This document shows, piece by piece, positions 38,133 through 48,824 of a stretch of DNA of 64,000 nt (its first letter is position 1; every line of letters begins with the position of its first letter). The notes beneath the pieces are model-generated. The model worked only from the letters and a program-made list of their open reading frames with translations, had not been told where the DNA came from and ran no database searches. The position numbers were made by a program, and so were the translations under genes. The stretch is from NCBI GenBank assembly GCA_001512745.1, contig LFSM01000075.1, forward strand, positions 3,727-67,726, in the 5' to 3' direction. Source of the stretch: Clostridiales bacterium DTU032 (GTDB lineage: Bacteria; Bacillota; Clostridia; Saccharofermentanales; DTU023).

Positions 38133-39248
38133 CTATTTTTTAACGAAAGGAGCTACAACATGTTTGAAGGGCTCCATTTTCTTTCTTACTTTGACTTCGA
38201 CGATATCTGCATCATCCGGGAAGTCCAGATTAACCAGTGCAAAAGCGATGCCCTTACCCAGAGTTGGTGAGAAACTTCCGGATGAGATTACGCCGACCTC
38301 TTCGTCATTAAGGTAAACAGAGTATCCGTCACGAGGGATGGCGCGCCCTTCGCTGACTAAAGCGATTTTTTTGCGGGTTGATCTGGCTTTCATCTTTTCT
38401 CCGCCCTGAAACTCACGGCTAAAATCAATAAAGAAGCCCATATCGCCTTCCAGAGGTGTGATATCCTCTGCCATTTCGTGTCCATAGAGGGGCATTCCTG
38501 CTTCCAGACGCAGAGCGTCACGTGCTCCCAGGCCTGCAGGGTCAACTCCATAATCATAAAGGAGATCCCAGACCTCGCCGGTTAACTCAGCAGGCAGATA
38601 AATCTCATAGCCGTTTTCGCCTGTATAACCTGTGCGCGAAATAATCATTTTACGTTCAAAGCCGTCTTTGTCTACCTGTATCTGTCGATAGCGTTTCAGA
38701 CCCTGCAGTTGTTCTTTTTGCTCTGCATTAAGACCAAGCTTCTCCGCCAGATCCAACATTACTTTGAGGCTATCAGGTCCCTGCACAGCAATTTGTCCAT
38801 AATTAGCAGAATCATCAACAATCTTAATATCTTCTTGTCTGTCAGAAAACTTTTCACGGTAAGTTATCAAGCTATCATTGATATGCAAAACGTCTTTGTC
38901 CTTGTTGGCAGCATTCACAACCAGCATGTAGCAGTCTTCGTCCATCTCATAGACTAAGAGATCGTCTACTGTACCGCCATTTTCATAACAAAGAATCGCA
39001 TATGTAATCTGATCTTTTTGCTTGCCGGTAACGTCACGGCTGAGAAGCCAGTTCAGGAACTCTCCGCTGCCCCCTCCGCAGACTAATACTTCTCCCATGT
39101 GAGAGACGTCAAACATACCGACCTTCTCTCTTACGGCCATAACCTCTTCTGTAATGCCTTTATACTGTACAGGCATATCCCACCCTGCATAGTCAACCAT
39201 GCGGGCATTCAAGGCTAGATGTCTTTGATTTAGTGGTGTTTTTTTCAT
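38133..39248 (-). CDS. gcvT: Aminomethyltransferase (glycine cleavage T protein)
   Basis: TPLNQRHLALNARMVDYAGWDMPVQY and MFDVSHMGE are present. The ATG at 39248 lies 7 nt after AGGAGG, whereas the track start 39251 is GTG. Confidence 0.92.
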   Translation of the reverse strand: MKKTPLNQRHLALNARMVDYAGWDMPVQYKGITEEVMAVREKVGMFDVSHMGEVLVCGGGSGEFLNWLLSRDVTGKQKDQITYAILCYENGGTVDDLLVYEMDEDCYMLVVNAANKDKDVLHINDSLITYREKFSDRQEDIKIVDDSANYGQIAVQGPDSLKVMLDLAEKLGLNAEQKEQLQGLKRYRQIQVDKDGFERKMIISRTGYTGENGYEIYLPAELTGEVWDLLYDYGVDPAGLGARDALRLEAGMPLYGHEMAEDITPLEGDMGFFIDFSREFQGGEKMKARSTRKKIALVSEGRAIPRDGYSVYLNDEEVGVISSGSFSPTLGKGIAFALVNLDFPDDADIVEVKVRKKMEPFKHVVAPFVKK

Positions 39249-39334
39249 CACAATACCTCCTTTTTTCGGCTCAATTAAGTCTATCAGATCCTGCCGTTTT
39301 CTTCCATAATGGTATGGTTTATTCCTCGCTTTTG

Positions 39335-39952
39335 TTAAGCGTTTTCACTAGTCTCAGATTTAAAGGCATGGGTCAGTTCTTCTTCATAAGCTGAACGATC
39401 AAAACTGTATCTTGCTCTTTCGCCGCCAACCCGCGGCAAACGAGATTTCAAAGCGCTTAAATGGGCTTCTCCGATCTTTTTAGTTTTTATGCGTTGTGGG
39501 ACCTGCACGAATTTGACCTGCATGCCAATAAAAGTATCACCGATATCAAGACCTGCAACCGCAGATACTCCGGAGACCATAACCGCATCTGCTGCCTGAG
39601 CATATGCTGCAGCGGCGGCAGAGCCTCCGGCATTTACTACTGGCACTACACAAACTTCTTCGAAGCCATAGCTTTCGGCAACTGAGCGCTCGACTACAAG
39701 TGAGCGATTCAGGTGTTCGCAGGCTTGCACTGCCAGATCGATCCCCAGAGGGTCGAGCACTTCCCTGCTCGCCTTGATTACTGTGTGCCCCACAATCAGA
39801 CTGGAACCTTTACCAATACTTTCACCCAATATTTCGCTGCTGCTGCAGCCAAGGACAAGCAAGTCACCCGACTTAAGTCCGGCTTCAGCGATCAGCTCCT
39901 GCCAGGCAGTTTTTACTTCTTCTGCAATTTCATTTAAAAATCCAGTAGTCAT
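39335..39952 (-). CDS. YwlG/UPF0340 (TIGR01440, DUF436) family protein
   Basis: LLVLGCSSSEILGESIGKGSS and AVQACEHLNRSLVVER match my recollection of the YwlG family. Confidence 0.7.
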   Translation of the reverse strand: MTTGFLNEIAEEVKTAWQELIAEAGLKSGDLLVLGCSSSEILGESIGKGSSLIVGHTVIKASREVLDPLGIDLAVQACEHLNRSLVVERSVAESYGFEEVCVVPVVNAGGSAAAAAYAQAADAVMVSGVSAVAGLDIGDTFIGMQVKFVQVPQRIKTKKIGEAHLSALKSRLPRVGGERARYSFDRSAYEEELTHAFKSETSENA

Positions 39953-39970
39953 AGCAATATCCTTCTTTGT

Positions 39971-40849
39971 TCAATAGCCCTTTGGCGGATAGGGCAGGCT
40001 AAGTTTGAAATAGTAAATATCCTTACCTTCGTGCCGGCGGCGGTTTATGGCACAACGCAGGCTGCCATGTTTCTCACAGTTCAATACCCAGGACCAGCGC
40101 CTCTGCTTTTTGTTGCTGATAATAGACTCATTAGTAGTCAGAAGGCTCTGGCAGGCCGGGCAGGTGAACTCTTGCTCTCTGATAGTTGCTTCTGCATTTC
40201 TTCCGGCTGTAACCGCTGTCTGCCAGGATTTTTCGCGCTGCAAAAAAGGATCGTAAAGGTAGGGCCGGAGAGTTTCTTTGCCTTCTTCTGTGCCCTTCTT
40301 TAACAATAGTGCATTAAGAATACGACCTGCGTAACGTGCGTCGTTAAGAGCATCATGAAAACTTAGTTCAGTTTCAATATTTAGAAACTCTAACGCATAC
40401 TCGATTGATCTTTGTTGGGAATTTTGTCCCCCCTCAGCCATATTGGCAAAGAATACCTGCAGATTTAGCGCTTTATTAAAAAAGGATGTATCCAGACTAT
40501 AGAAATCCATATTCTGTTTTAGAACCTGAGGGTCAGACAAACCCCAGGAGGCAAGAATCACATCCTCGCCGCAAAAATCGACAAACTTAGATAAGGCCAA
40601 AGGGAAAGGGTCTCCCTGGCTCAGACTTTCCTGGCTGAGCTGGGTGACCCTTGCAATATATTTATTTAGTTTTTTATATACTTGTGGCCTGACCTTGGCT
40701 GTGAATGTTGCAAGAGGCTCAATTGCAGCTGATAATTTAACAGCACCTATTTCTATAATTTCGAAGGGCAGTTCCGGGAGGTTTTCACTTGTTCCCGCTT
40801 TCCCGGGCGCAGCGCTGTTCCACTCCAAGTCAAAGACGACAAAACTCAC
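39971..40849 (-). CDS. DEDDh-type 3'-5' exonuclease (KapD/ERI-1-like) with a C-terminal Cys-rich region
   Basis: ExoI is VVFDLEWN, ExoII is ASWGLSDPQVL and ExoIII is HDALNDARY. The C-terminus carries CPAC...CEKHG. The GTG start overlaps the dnaJ stop (TAGTG). Confidence 0.75.
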   Translation of the reverse strand: MSFVVFDLEWNSAAPGKAGTSENLPELPFEIIEIGAVKLSAAIEPLATFTAKVRPQVYKKLNKYIARVTQLSQESLSQGDPFPLALSKFVDFCGEDVILASWGLSDPQVLKQNMDFYSLDTSFFNKALNLQVFFANMAEGGQNSQQRSIEYALEFLNIETELSFHDALNDARYAGRILNALLLKKGTEEGKETLRPYLYDPFLQREKSWQTAVTAGRNAEATIREQEFTCPACQSLLTTNESIISNKKQRRWSWVLNCEKHGSLRCAINRRRHEGKDIYYFKLSLPYPPKGY

Positions 40850-42000
40850 TATTTACTCCCAAATACATTACGTATTTTCTCCAGAAATCCTTTGCGTCCC
40901 TCGTAATGCTTCTCCGTCATGCTTTCCTCAAACTTACTGAGCATTTCCTTTTGTTTGCTATCGAGATTGCGGGGAACCTCCAAAATAACGCGGAATTTAT
41001 GATCACCGCGGCCATGACGGTTCAGATAAGGGATTCCCTTGCCACGGATGGTGAAGGTGTCATTGGGTTGAGTTCCTTCTTTCAGTTTATATGAAACCGT
41101 TCCGTCAATTGTCGGCACTTCAATTTCAGACCCTAAGGCTGCCTCAGCGTAAGTGATCGGCACTTCACAAAAAGTCATATTACCTTCGCGCGTAAAAATA
41201 GGATGCGGCCGAATATATATCTGAATGTAGAGATCACCGTAAGGTCCGCCGTTACGGCCTGGTTCACCTTCGTTTCGCAGAGTAAGCATCTCCCCTTCAT
41301 TTATACCTGCCGGTACGGTCACAAGAAGTGTTTTATCTTTCACCGTAGTACCGACACCTTTGCAGGTTTCACAGGGGTTTTCAATGATTTGACCACTGCC
41401 CTGACAACGTTGACAGCTACGGCTGGTCAGCATCTGGCCAAAGATGGTTTGCTGCTGAAGCTGTTCCTGGCCACTGCCATTACAGTTGGGGCAGATTGTA
41501 GGTTCGGAACCGTCAGCGGTACCTTTGCCCTTACATGTCGGGCAGACGTCGTCTTTGCGAATCTTGATCTTACGTTCTACACCGAAGGCCGCCTCTAAAA
41601 AATCAAGGTTCATGCGGTAGCGCAGGTTCGCGCCACGGCTAGGGGCTGTCGGCCGGCGAGACTGAGAAAAACCGGAGGAAAAGCCGCCAAAGCCAAAACC
41701 GCCAAAGATACTGTTGAACAAATCTTCCAGATCAACGCCAAAACCGGCACCGGCGCCTTGAAAGCCACTGGTGTCAACACCGGCATGACCATACTGGTCA
41801 TAGCGCTGCCGTTTTTCTGTATCGGATAATACTTCATAAGCTTCGTTTGCTTCCTGAAATTTTTCACTGGCCTGAGGATCATCCTTATTTACATCGGGAT
41901 GATATTTCTTGGCCAGCTTCCAGAAAGCTTTCTTAATCTCAGCAGAATCAGCATCTTTGCTAATGCCTAAAACTTCGTAATAGTCTCTTTTTGCTGCCAC
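40849..42000 (-). CDS. dnaJ: Molecular chaperone DnaJ
   Basis: It has a J-domain (DYYEVLG...KYHPD), a G/F region and four CxxCxGxG zinc-finger repeats. It uses a GTG start after AGGAG. Confidence 0.95.
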   Translation of the reverse strand: MAAKRDYYEVLGISKDADSAEIKKAFWKLAKKYHPDVNKDDPQASEKFQEANEAYEVLSDTEKRQRYDQYGHAGVDTSGFQGAGAGFGVDLEDLFNSIFGGFGFGGFSSGFSQSRRPTAPSRGANLRYRMNLDFLEAAFGVERKIKIRKDDVCPTCKGKGTADGSEPTICPNCNGSGQEQLQQQTIFGQMLTSRSCQRCQGSGQIIENPCETCKGVGTTVKDKTLLVTVPAGINEGEMLTLRNEGEPGRNGGPYGDLYIQIYIRPHPIFTREGNMTFCEVPITYAEAALGSEIEVPTIDGTVSYKLKEGTQPNDTFTIRGKGIPYLNRHGRGDHKFRVILEVPRNLDSKQKEMLSKFEESMTEKHYEGRKGFLEKIRNVFGSK

Positions 42001-42052
42001 TCTTTACTCCTATTTTGTCTCTGTTCAGCAAAGACAAGTTAACATACCCGAA

Positions 42053-42078
42053 GAGCGATCAGCTTTCACTGGTCGCTC
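42053..42078 (-). terminator. Intra-operon hairpin between dnaK and dnaJ (possible attenuator or partial terminator)
   Basis: The stem GAGCGACCAG / CUGAUCGCUC pairs at 9 of 10 positions with a 6-nt loop. The downstream tail is only moderately U-rich. Confidence 0.35.
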
Positions 42079-42117
42079 TCGATACTATCATATTATGTAT
42101 TTTCAGTTTACTGCAAT

Positions 42118-43956
42118 TTAATCCTCGTCAGTGCCAACATCTTTAAAATCAGCATCATATGTGCCTGGCTCATTGTCGGGAGCAGGTCCGTCAGGCTGTT
42201 GGGCCTGCTGTTGTTGCGCTGCTTGCTGGCTCATTTTTTCTGCAACCTTGTACAGCTCCTGATCCAAAGCGTCACTGTCTGTCTTCATTGCCTCAAAGTC
42301 ATCACTGGCATGACTTGCCTTCAATTTTTCCAAGGCAGCCTCTACTGCTTCGCGATCTTCACCCTCGTATAGTTTTGAAGTTTCTTCATCTTCCAGGAGG
42401 CGCTCAGTTGCACGAATCTTTGACTCTGCCTCATTTTTCACATGAACCTTTTCGGCACGCTCCTTATCCGCTTCAGCAAATTCTTCTGCTTCCTTTATAG
42501 CGCGTTCTATATCTGCATCACTCATATTACTTGAAGCAGTAATCGTTATGTTTTGTTTGCGTTTGGTTGTCATATCAATCGCTGTAACGTTAACAATACC
42601 ATTAGCATCAATATCAAAGCTTACTTCAATCTGAGGTGTGCCTGCACGTGCCGGAGGAATACCGTCGAGGAAGAACCTGCCCAGAGTTCTGTTGTCAGAA
42701 GCCATGGGGCGTTCACCCTGCAGGATGTGGACTTCAACCTGAGTCTGGTTGTCAGCAGCAGTACTGAACACCTGCTTTTTGCTAGTCGGGATCGTGGTAT
42801 TGCGTTCAATCATACGTGTCATTACACCGCCGAGAGTCTCGAGACCCAGGGACAAAGGTGTGACGTCAAGCAGTACCATCTCATCGACATCACCGGAAAG
42901 AATACCACCCTGGATAGCTGCACCCAGCGCAACACACTCATCGGGGTTAATGCCTTTGAAGGGCTCCTGGTTAAAGAAAGTCTTAACTGCTTCCTGAACA
43001 GCGGGTATACGTGTTGAGCCGCCAACCAGCAAAATCTTATTAATCTGGCCGGGCTCTAATCCGGCATCCTTCATTGCTGTACGGACTGGAGCCATGGTCG
43101 CTTCAACCAGGTCCCCGGTCATATCGTTAAATTTTGCCCGGGTCAGGTTTAAGTCCAGATGTTTGGGACCATCCTGGCCTGAAGAAATGTAAGGCAGGCT
43201 GATATTGCTGGTCAGGACACTGGAAAGTTCAATCTTTGCTTTTTCTGCAGCATCACGCAAACGCTGCACGGCAAACTTGTCTTTTGAAAGATCGACAGCT
43301 TCCTCATTTTTCATTTCCTGAATCATCCAGTCAACGATGCGGTTATCAAAATCGTCACCACCCAGTTTGGTGTTACCTGAGGTAGATTTGACATCAAAAA
43401 CACCATCGCCCAGTTCCAGAATTGATACGTCAAAGGTTCCGCCGCCCAGGTCATAAATCAGTATTGTCTGGTTATCCTCTTTTTCCAGACCATAGGCCAA
43501 TGAGGCTGCTGTCGGTTCGTTAATAATACGGTCCACCTTCAGTCCCGCAATACGACCGGCATCTTTGGTTGCCTGGCGCTGTGAATCTGAGAAATATGCA
43601 GGCACCGTAATTACTGCCTGGCTCACTGGCTCACCCAGATAAGCCTCAGCGTCAGCCTTCAATTTCTGCAGTATCATTGCTGATACTTCCGGTGGCGTAT
43701 AAGCTTTGCCATCGATAACATGTTTATTATTAGAACCCATTTCACGCTTGATTGATGTTATTGTGCGATCCGGGTTTCTTTGTGCCTGGTTCTTAGCTAC
43801 CTGACCAACCAGACGTTCTCCTTCTTTAGTAAAAGCAACAACAGATGGTGTCGTCCGTTGCCCTTCCGCGTTAGGAATAATAACCGGCTCGCCGCCTTCC
43901 ATAACGGAAACAACCGAGTTGGTTGTGCCTAAGTCTATTCCGATAATCTTTGCCAT
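42118..43956 (-). CDS. dnaK: Molecular chaperone DnaK
   Basis: [26 protein letters not shown] and LVGGSTRIP are present. Confidence 0.97.
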   Translation of the reverse strand: MAKIIGIDLGTTNSVVSVMEGGEPVIIPNAEGQRTTPSVVAFTKEGERLVGQVAKNQAQRNPDRTITSIKREMGSNNKHVIDGKAYTPPEVSAMILQKLKADAEAYLGEPVSQAVITVPAYFSDSQRQATKDAGRIAGLKVDRIINEPTAASLAYGLEKEDNQTILIYDLGGGTFDVSILELGDGVFDVKSTSGNTKLGGDDFDNRIVDWMIQEMKNEEAVDLSKDKFAVQRLRDAAEKAKIELSSVLTSNISLPYISSGQDGPKHLDLNLTRAKFNDMTGDLVEATMAPVRTAMKDAGLEPGQINKILLVGGSTRIPAVQEAVKTFFNQEPFKGINPDECVALGAAIQGGILSGDVDEMVLLDVTPLSLGLETLGGVMTRMIERNTTIPTSKKQVFSTAADNQTQVEVHILQGERPMASDNRTLGRFFLDGIPPARAGTPQIEVSFDIDANGIVNVTAIDMTTKRKQNITITASSNMSDADIERAIKEAEEFAEADKERAEKVHVKNEAESKIRATERLLEDEETSKLYEGEDREAVEAALEKLKASHASDDFEAMKTDSDALDQELYKVAEKMSQQAAQQQQAQQPDGPAPDNEPGTYDADFKDVGTDED

Positions 43957-44008
43957 ATAAATGTCCTCTTTCTTCTCTTTTATTTATTTTTATGGACCAC
44001 AGAACTAA

Positions 44009-44596
44009 TCAATTTGCTACTTTTACCATACTGTGACGTATGACGCGGTCCCCGTTTCTGTAACCCTTTTGAAATACTTCTACTACTTCGTTTTCACCGG
44101 CGTTTTCATCTTCCACGCTCATCACGGCCTGATGTAAGGTCGGATCAAACTCTTCTCCCAGTGCTTTTATTTCCTCCACACCTATTTTTTTCAGTGCGGT
44201 AACCAACTGCTTGTGTATCAAACTGATACCGGTAGAATCAGACTCTTTCAGATCACTGCCAGCTTCATCTTCCATGTTAAGGGCACTTTCAAAACTGTCC
44301 AGGACAGGCAGCAACTCATAAACAACTGCACAGGTCACATCCTGAAACAGATATTCAAGCTCACTTTTAGTGCGACGGCGGTAATTATCGTATTCCGCAG
44401 CAACTCGCAAATAGCGGTCTTCCCAGTCGGTTGCCTTGTCTTCTTCTGACTCCGGCAAATCCGCTTCTATTGTTTCATTCAGTTTCGGGCTGTCACTTGC
44501 TTTTTTATCCGCCTCAGCAGTCTTTTTCTCCAGATTTTCCATCTCCTGTTCTGAGTTAACATCAGAACTGTCTTTTCTCTTATTAGCCTTGCTCAT
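44009..44596 (-). CDS. grpE: Nucleotide exchange factor GrpE
   Basis: RVAAEYDNYRRRT and the C-terminal GYRNGDRVIRHSMVKV are present. Confidence 0.93.
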   Translation of the reverse strand: MSKANKRKDSSDVNSEQEMENLEKKTAEADKKASDSPKLNETIEADLPESEEDKATDWEDRYLRVAAEYDNYRRRTKSELEYLFQDVTCAVVYELLPVLDSFESALNMEDEAGSDLKESDSTGISLIHKQLVTALKKIGVEEIKALGEEFDPTLHQAVMSVEDENAGENEVVEVFQKGYRNGDRVIRHSMVKVAN

Positions 44597-44629
44597 GCAC
44601 TACTCCTTTTCTTTCCCGCTCCACTAATA

Positions 44630-45760
44630 TTAACGATCTCTTTCCAGTTCCTCAGAAGCCTCTGATAAAGTTCTGTTAATGAACTGTATTTGAGAAATTA
44701 TTTCTCCATAAGGCATACGTTTTGGCCCGATCACTGCCAGCTGACCGGAGATCTTGTCAGAGAAACGATAGACTGTCGAGATGAATGCCATATCTTCCAG
44801 CCCCTGCAAAGCTATTTCCTGACCAATCCGCAGCATATAGTCAGCTTTCTTTTGGCTAATAGCTTCATTTCCCTGTCCTTCTCCGTGGAAAGCAGGGTCT
44901 GATTCGTCTGCTTGCCTAAGTTCCGTTTGCTTGTTTTCTTCTTCTTTCTGCATATCACTCATATAGCCAGCCATGATTTTCGGCTTATTGATTGCATGAA
45001 AAAAACGCTGCGCCCTATCGATATCCTGAAATTCCGGCTGTCCCAGCAATCGATGCAAGCCATCCATATAAACATTAAGGTTATCCATTTGCTTTATACT
45101 GGTATAGGTTTCATATACCACCTGCCGCAGCAAAGCTTCCGGTATATCGGTGTCTTCTGCTGCTGCCGTTACCGTCACAAGCGTAATATCATTGAGTGCT
45201 TTTCCTTTGACAGCGTTTTCTATTGCATTGCCAATCCGATTTAGCTGGTCTGCATCCAGAGCTTCCGGAACACGAATCAAACGATCATGAACAATACCCG
45301 CAAGAAATACCACTACCACCAAGGCTGAACCCGGTTCAATCATTAACAGCTTAAGCTGTTGGATACTGGCAGAACCATAATCCGGTGATAATGCTATAGC
45401 AACAAAGGCCGTCTGCTCGGAAAGAAAGTCTGCAGCCCTGATAATGAGCTCTGAGGCCTCATCTATCCTCTGGTCTAAATAATCACGAAATTCTGCCTGT
45501 TTCTTCAAAGAAACCTGGGGCAGAAAAGATAAGTTGTTGACGTATGCACGATAACCTTTATCCGAAGGCACTCTGCCTGCGGAAGTATGAGGTTTTTCCA
45601 AATAACCTTCTTCCTCCAGCCAGGACATAACATTACGTACTGTCGCGGAGGAAAGGTTAAGTTTATATTTATCTACCAGATACTTGGAACCGATCGGCTC
45701 GCAAATCTCTACATAACTGTTAACAATAGCCTGTAGAATCATTTTTGCACGGTCATCCAT
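44630..45760 (-). CDS. hrcA: Heat-inducible transcription repressor HrcA
   Basis: ILQAIVNSYVEICEPIGSKYL is the winged-helix N-terminus. The gene is first in the hrcA-grpE-dnaK-dnaJ order and lies behind CIRCE. Confidence 0.92.
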   Translation of the reverse strand: MDDRAKMILQAIVNSYVEICEPIGSKYLVDKYKLNLSSATVRNVMSWLEEEGYLEKPHTSAGRVPSDKGYRAYVNNLSFLPQVSLKKQAEFRDYLDQRIDEASELIIRAADFLSEQTAFVAIALSPDYGSASIQQLKLLMIEPGSALVVVVFLAGIVHDRLIRVPEALDADQLNRIGNAIENAVKGKALNDITLVTVTAAAEDTDIPEALLRQVVYETYTSIKQMDNLNVYMDGLHRLLGQPEFQDIDRAQRFFHAINKPKIMAGYMSDMQKEEENKQTELRQADESDPAFHGEGQGNEAISQKKADYMLRIGQEIALQGLEDMAFISTVYRFSDKISGQLAVIGPKRMPYGEIISQIQFINRTLSEASEELERDR

Positions 45761-45784
45761 GAATCTTTCCTCCTTTTCAAAAAT

Positions 45785-45811
45785 TTAGCACTCTATGTCT
45801 TCGAGTGCTAA
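45785..45811 (-). promoter_or_regulatory. CIRCE operator (HrcA binding site)
   Basis: TTAGCACTC-N9-GAGTGCTAA is a perfect match to the consensus. It lies between the -10 and the hrcA SD. Confidence 0.95.
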
Positions 45812-45815
45812 ACAT

Positions 45816-45844
45816 AATTTAACATTCACATTACTGGGTGTCAA
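45816..45844 (-). promoter_or_regulatory. Sigma-A-type promoter of the hrcA operon (TTGACA-17-TAAATT)
   Basis: On the minus strand, TTGACA lies at 45844-45839 and TAAATT at 45821-45816, immediately upstream of CIRCE. Confidence 0.7.
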
Positions 45845-45912
45845 CGCTTTAAATAAAACAAAAATGGCGCATTATGAATCAAATTTGAAGTCTTCTTCGC
45901 ATTAGTACAGGA

Positions 45913-47106
45913 TCAGACAAATTCACGAAAAACTATATTGCAGAAGTCCTCTCCCTCGTGCGTCAAACGCAGAGTATCACCATCAAAATTCAGTAATCCT
46001 GCCTGGCTTAATTTTTTAATCTGACCAGCAAACAGCTGACGGTAATCTCTGGAATGACGCTGCTGAAAGTCTTTGGCCTTCACTCCCGATAACAGCCGCA
46101 GGCCCAGCAAGATACTTTCACGAGCGGCCTCTTCTTCAGAAATAATTTCAGTGACTGTATCTGCTGAAAAGGGGCCATCCTCCAGCACAGTCTTCTTCCA
46201 TTCCATGAGAGAGGCAGGATTGCTGCGTCGGATACCGGCCAGATAACTGCTGGCAGAAGGGCCGGCCGCCAGATATGGCTCTGCCCGCCAGTAAACAGTG
46301 TTATGACGTGACTGGAAAGAGTCTAAAGCAAAATTGCTGATTTCATAGTGATTAAACCCTCTGTCGATAAGCACTTCCCGGATATGATGAAACATTTCTC
46401 TTTCAAGGCGATCATCCGGAAAGCGGCTGCAATCTGCCGCCAGCATTTTGGCAAAATAGCTGTCGTGAGGCACGTCCAGTGCATAACAGGAAAGATGAGT
46501 CAGAGGCAAATTATCAATAAAGGCCAGAGTTTCTTCAATATCCGACATTTGAGCGTCAGGCAAACCGCTGATTATGTCTGCAGAAATATTGCAAAATCCG
46601 GCTTCGTGAGCGAAGCAAACTGCCCGCAAGGCATCTTCTTTGTTGTGTCTGCGCCCCATTATACGTAACAAATGATCCGAAGCACTCTGCAAACCAATAC
46701 TCAAACGATTAAAACCTATTGTCAGCCATTCTGCTGCTGTCTCTTCTGTCTTGATCTGCTCAGGATTAGCCTCCAGGGTGATCTCTGCAGTCTCTGCTAT
46801 GCCAAAAAGTTCCCGGCATAGTTCGAGTTCCTCAGCGAGGAACTCGAATGGCAGCAATGACGGCGTACCACCGCCATAATAGATTGTTTCTAATGGGAGT
46901 ATACTGACGCCATTGCTTTCAGCCTCCCGGCTCAGACGCTGTAATTCCACTTTGATGGTTTCATGCCATACTTGCACCAGCTGGCTGTCTGCCCCGGCAA
47001 GACTGTAAAAATCACAGTAATGGCACTTGCTCTGGCAAAAAGGCACATGTATGTAGAGTGAGCTTACTGTTCCTGTCAGTAAATTCGGTATTTCCTGCTG
47101 TGACAT
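45913..47106 (-). CDS. hemW: Radical SAM heme chaperone HemW (HemN-like)
   Basis: It has the CxxxCxxC motif (CQSKCHYCDF), YYGGGTPS and a HemN_C-like C-terminus. Confidence 0.88.
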   Translation of the reverse strand: MSQQEIPNLLTGTVSSLYIHVPFCQSKCHYCDFYSLAGADSQLVQVWHETIKVELQRLSREAESNGVSILPLETIYYGGGTPSLLPFEFLAEELELCRELFGIAETAEITLEANPEQIKTEETAAEWLTIGFNRLSIGLQSASDHLLRIMGRRHNKEDALRAVCFAHEAGFCNISADIISGLPDAQMSDIEETLAFIDNLPLTHLSCYALDVPHDSYFAKMLAADCSRFPDDRLEREMFHHIREVLIDRGFNHYEISNFALDSFQSRHNTVYWRAEPYLAAGPSASSYLAGIRRSNPASLMEWKKTVLEDGPFSADTVTEIISEEEAARESILLGLRLLSGVKAKDFQQRHSRDYRQLFAGQIKKLSQAGLLNFDGDTLRLTHEGEDFCNIVFREFV

Positions 47107-47144
47107 TATCTAATACATACCTGCTGACAGTTTACACTGTGTCT

Positions 47145-48107
47145 CTATTTGGCTTCTTTATTGTCGCCGGTATCAACATCAGCGAGCATTTCTTTCACAG
47201 AAACGGCTAAACCCGCTAAACTTTGAATCTCCGAAGGAATTATGATCTTGGTAGCACGTCCGTCAGCTACTTTTATGAATGTTTCCAGGCTCTTAAGTGC
47301 GATCAAAGAATCATCTGCCTGCACATCTTTAATCATCTGGAGTCCTTTGGCAGTGGCCGCCTGCAAATTCAGAATAGCCTGAGCTTCACCGTCAGACTCA
47401 CGAATTGCAGTTTCCTTTCTGGCATCAGCACGCAGGATGGCTGCCTCTTTATCACCTTCTGCTACACGGATCGCAGCTTCTTTCTGGCCTTCGGCAATTA
47501 AAATACTCTCGCGTTTCTCACGCTCAGCTTTCATCTGACGTTCCATTGCTGTCTGAATATCCTGAGGAGGCAAAATGTTCTTCAGTTCAACACGATTCAC
47601 CTTAATTCCCCAGGGGTCGGTGGCTTCGTCTAAGGTGACACGCATACGTGTATTAATAACATCACGGGAAGTAAGGGTCTCGTCCAGTTCCAGATCACCG
47701 ATAATATTACGTAATGTAGTAGCAGTGAGGTTTTCTATTGCCACAATCGGGTTTTCAATACCATAGCTATATAGGACGGGGTCAACGATTTGGAAAAAGA
47801 TAACCGTATCAATTTGCATGGTAACGTTATCTTTAGTAATAACCGGCTGAGGCGGGAAATCAGCCACTCGTTCTTTCAGTGAGATCCGGCGGGCAATACG
47901 GTCAAAGAATGGCAGCTTCATATGAATTCCTGATTGCCAGGTGGTCTTATAAGTACCCAGACGTTCAATTACATAAACGTTAGCTTGTGGCACTACGCGG
48001 ACATTTTTGATCAAAAGCAGGAAAATAAAAATAATAGCTGCCATAAGCACGATCATTTCCCAGATACCTGCTGCTCCACTCTGGAGGGTTGTGTAAATTA
48101 AGCTCAT
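47145..48107 (-). CDS. SPFH/Band-7 (stomatin-like) membrane protein
   Basis: It has an N-terminal TM helix, then the SPFH core (VVPQANVYVIERLG...ITKDNV...RNIIGDLELDETLTSRD) and a coiled-coil EAAIRVAEG region. Confidence 0.88.
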   Translation of the reverse strand: MSLIYTTLQSGAAGIWEMIVLMAAIIFIFLLLIKNVRVVPQANVYVIERLGTYKTTWQSGIHMKLPFFDRIARRISLKERVADFPPQPVITKDNVTMQIDTVIFFQIVDPVLYSYGIENPIVAIENLTATTLRNIIGDLELDETLTSRDVINTRMRVTLDEATDPWGIKVNRVELKNILPPQDIQTAMERQMKAEREKRESILIAEGQKEAAIRVAEGDKEAAILRADARKETAIRESDGEAQAILNLQAATAKGLQMIKDVQADDSLIALKSLETFIKVADGRATKIIIPSEIQSLAGLAVSVKEMLADVDTGDNKEAK

Positions 48108-48224
48108 AGTTTACTCCTTAATTTCTATTGGTGATACCTAGTTTGAAAGATATCCCCATGTGAACTTTTAAATAGTCTTTAGTCGTAGTTTAGATGCAGT
48201 TTCATTTTTTTGACAATACCTGTA

Positions 48225-48788
48225 TTACGGAATCTCTGTTGTGTCTTCTCCCGTAACAGCATCCGGGCCAGACTCTTCTTTCCAGCCTTCTTCCTGTAGC
48301 TGGCTTCTTCTCTGATGACGTTTTACTACTGCCTTAACCCCCCTGATCGTCAAAACAAGCACTTCTGCACCAGGTTCGATAACATCTTCCTCATCTTCAG
48401 AGCGGGCACTCCAGATTTGATTGTCTACACGAATCAGTCCACGACCGATTTCAGTATCAATAGTTTCCGTCACAACACCAACTTTGCCGATGATCCGATC
48501 AGCATTGGTCGCTACTGTTCTGCCACCATTTTTCATATATCTCGGTCTGATCACAAAAATAAATATAAGCAAACCAATCACAGACGCCGAAAAGAAAACC
48601 ACTAACTGCAAAGCCAGGGATGCTCCTAACAAGCTGACAACTACTGTAATTATTGCTGCAACAATAAACCAGATTGATACGAGATTGAGGGTGCTGATTT
48701 CTATAACACTAGCCAGCACAGCAATCAAAAGCCAAAAAATCCAGTCGCTGATGCCAAGTAGCGTCACATTTAGTAAATAAGTTAGCAT
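48225..48788 (-). CDS. NfeD-family membrane protein
   Basis: Multi-TM N-terminal half is followed by a C-terminal OB-fold (GKVGVVTETIDTEIGRGLIRVDNQIWSARS). It occupies the canonical position upstream of an SPFH gene. Confidence 0.85.
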   Translation of the reverse strand: MLTYLLNVTLLGISDWIFWLLIAVLASVIEISTLNLVSIWFIVAAIITVVVSLLGASLALQLVVFFSASVIGLLIFIFVIRPRYMKNGGRTVATNADRIIGKVGVVTETIDTEIGRGLIRVDNQIWSARSEDEEDVIEPGAEVLVLTIRGVKAVVKRHQRRSQLQEEGWKEESGPDAVTGEDTTEIP

Positions 48789-48824
48789 ATTTAGTTCTCC
48801 TCGTTAATCTTAGCGGGCCAATAT

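Noticed and set aside
39252-39334. A glycine riboswitch was expected upstream of gcvT.
   Set aside because: The gap is only 83 nt. Its minus-strand sequence lacks the conserved GGAGAG...ACCGAAGGGGCAA-type cores, so I see no aptamer. The operon may be read through from the upstream gene or regulated differently.
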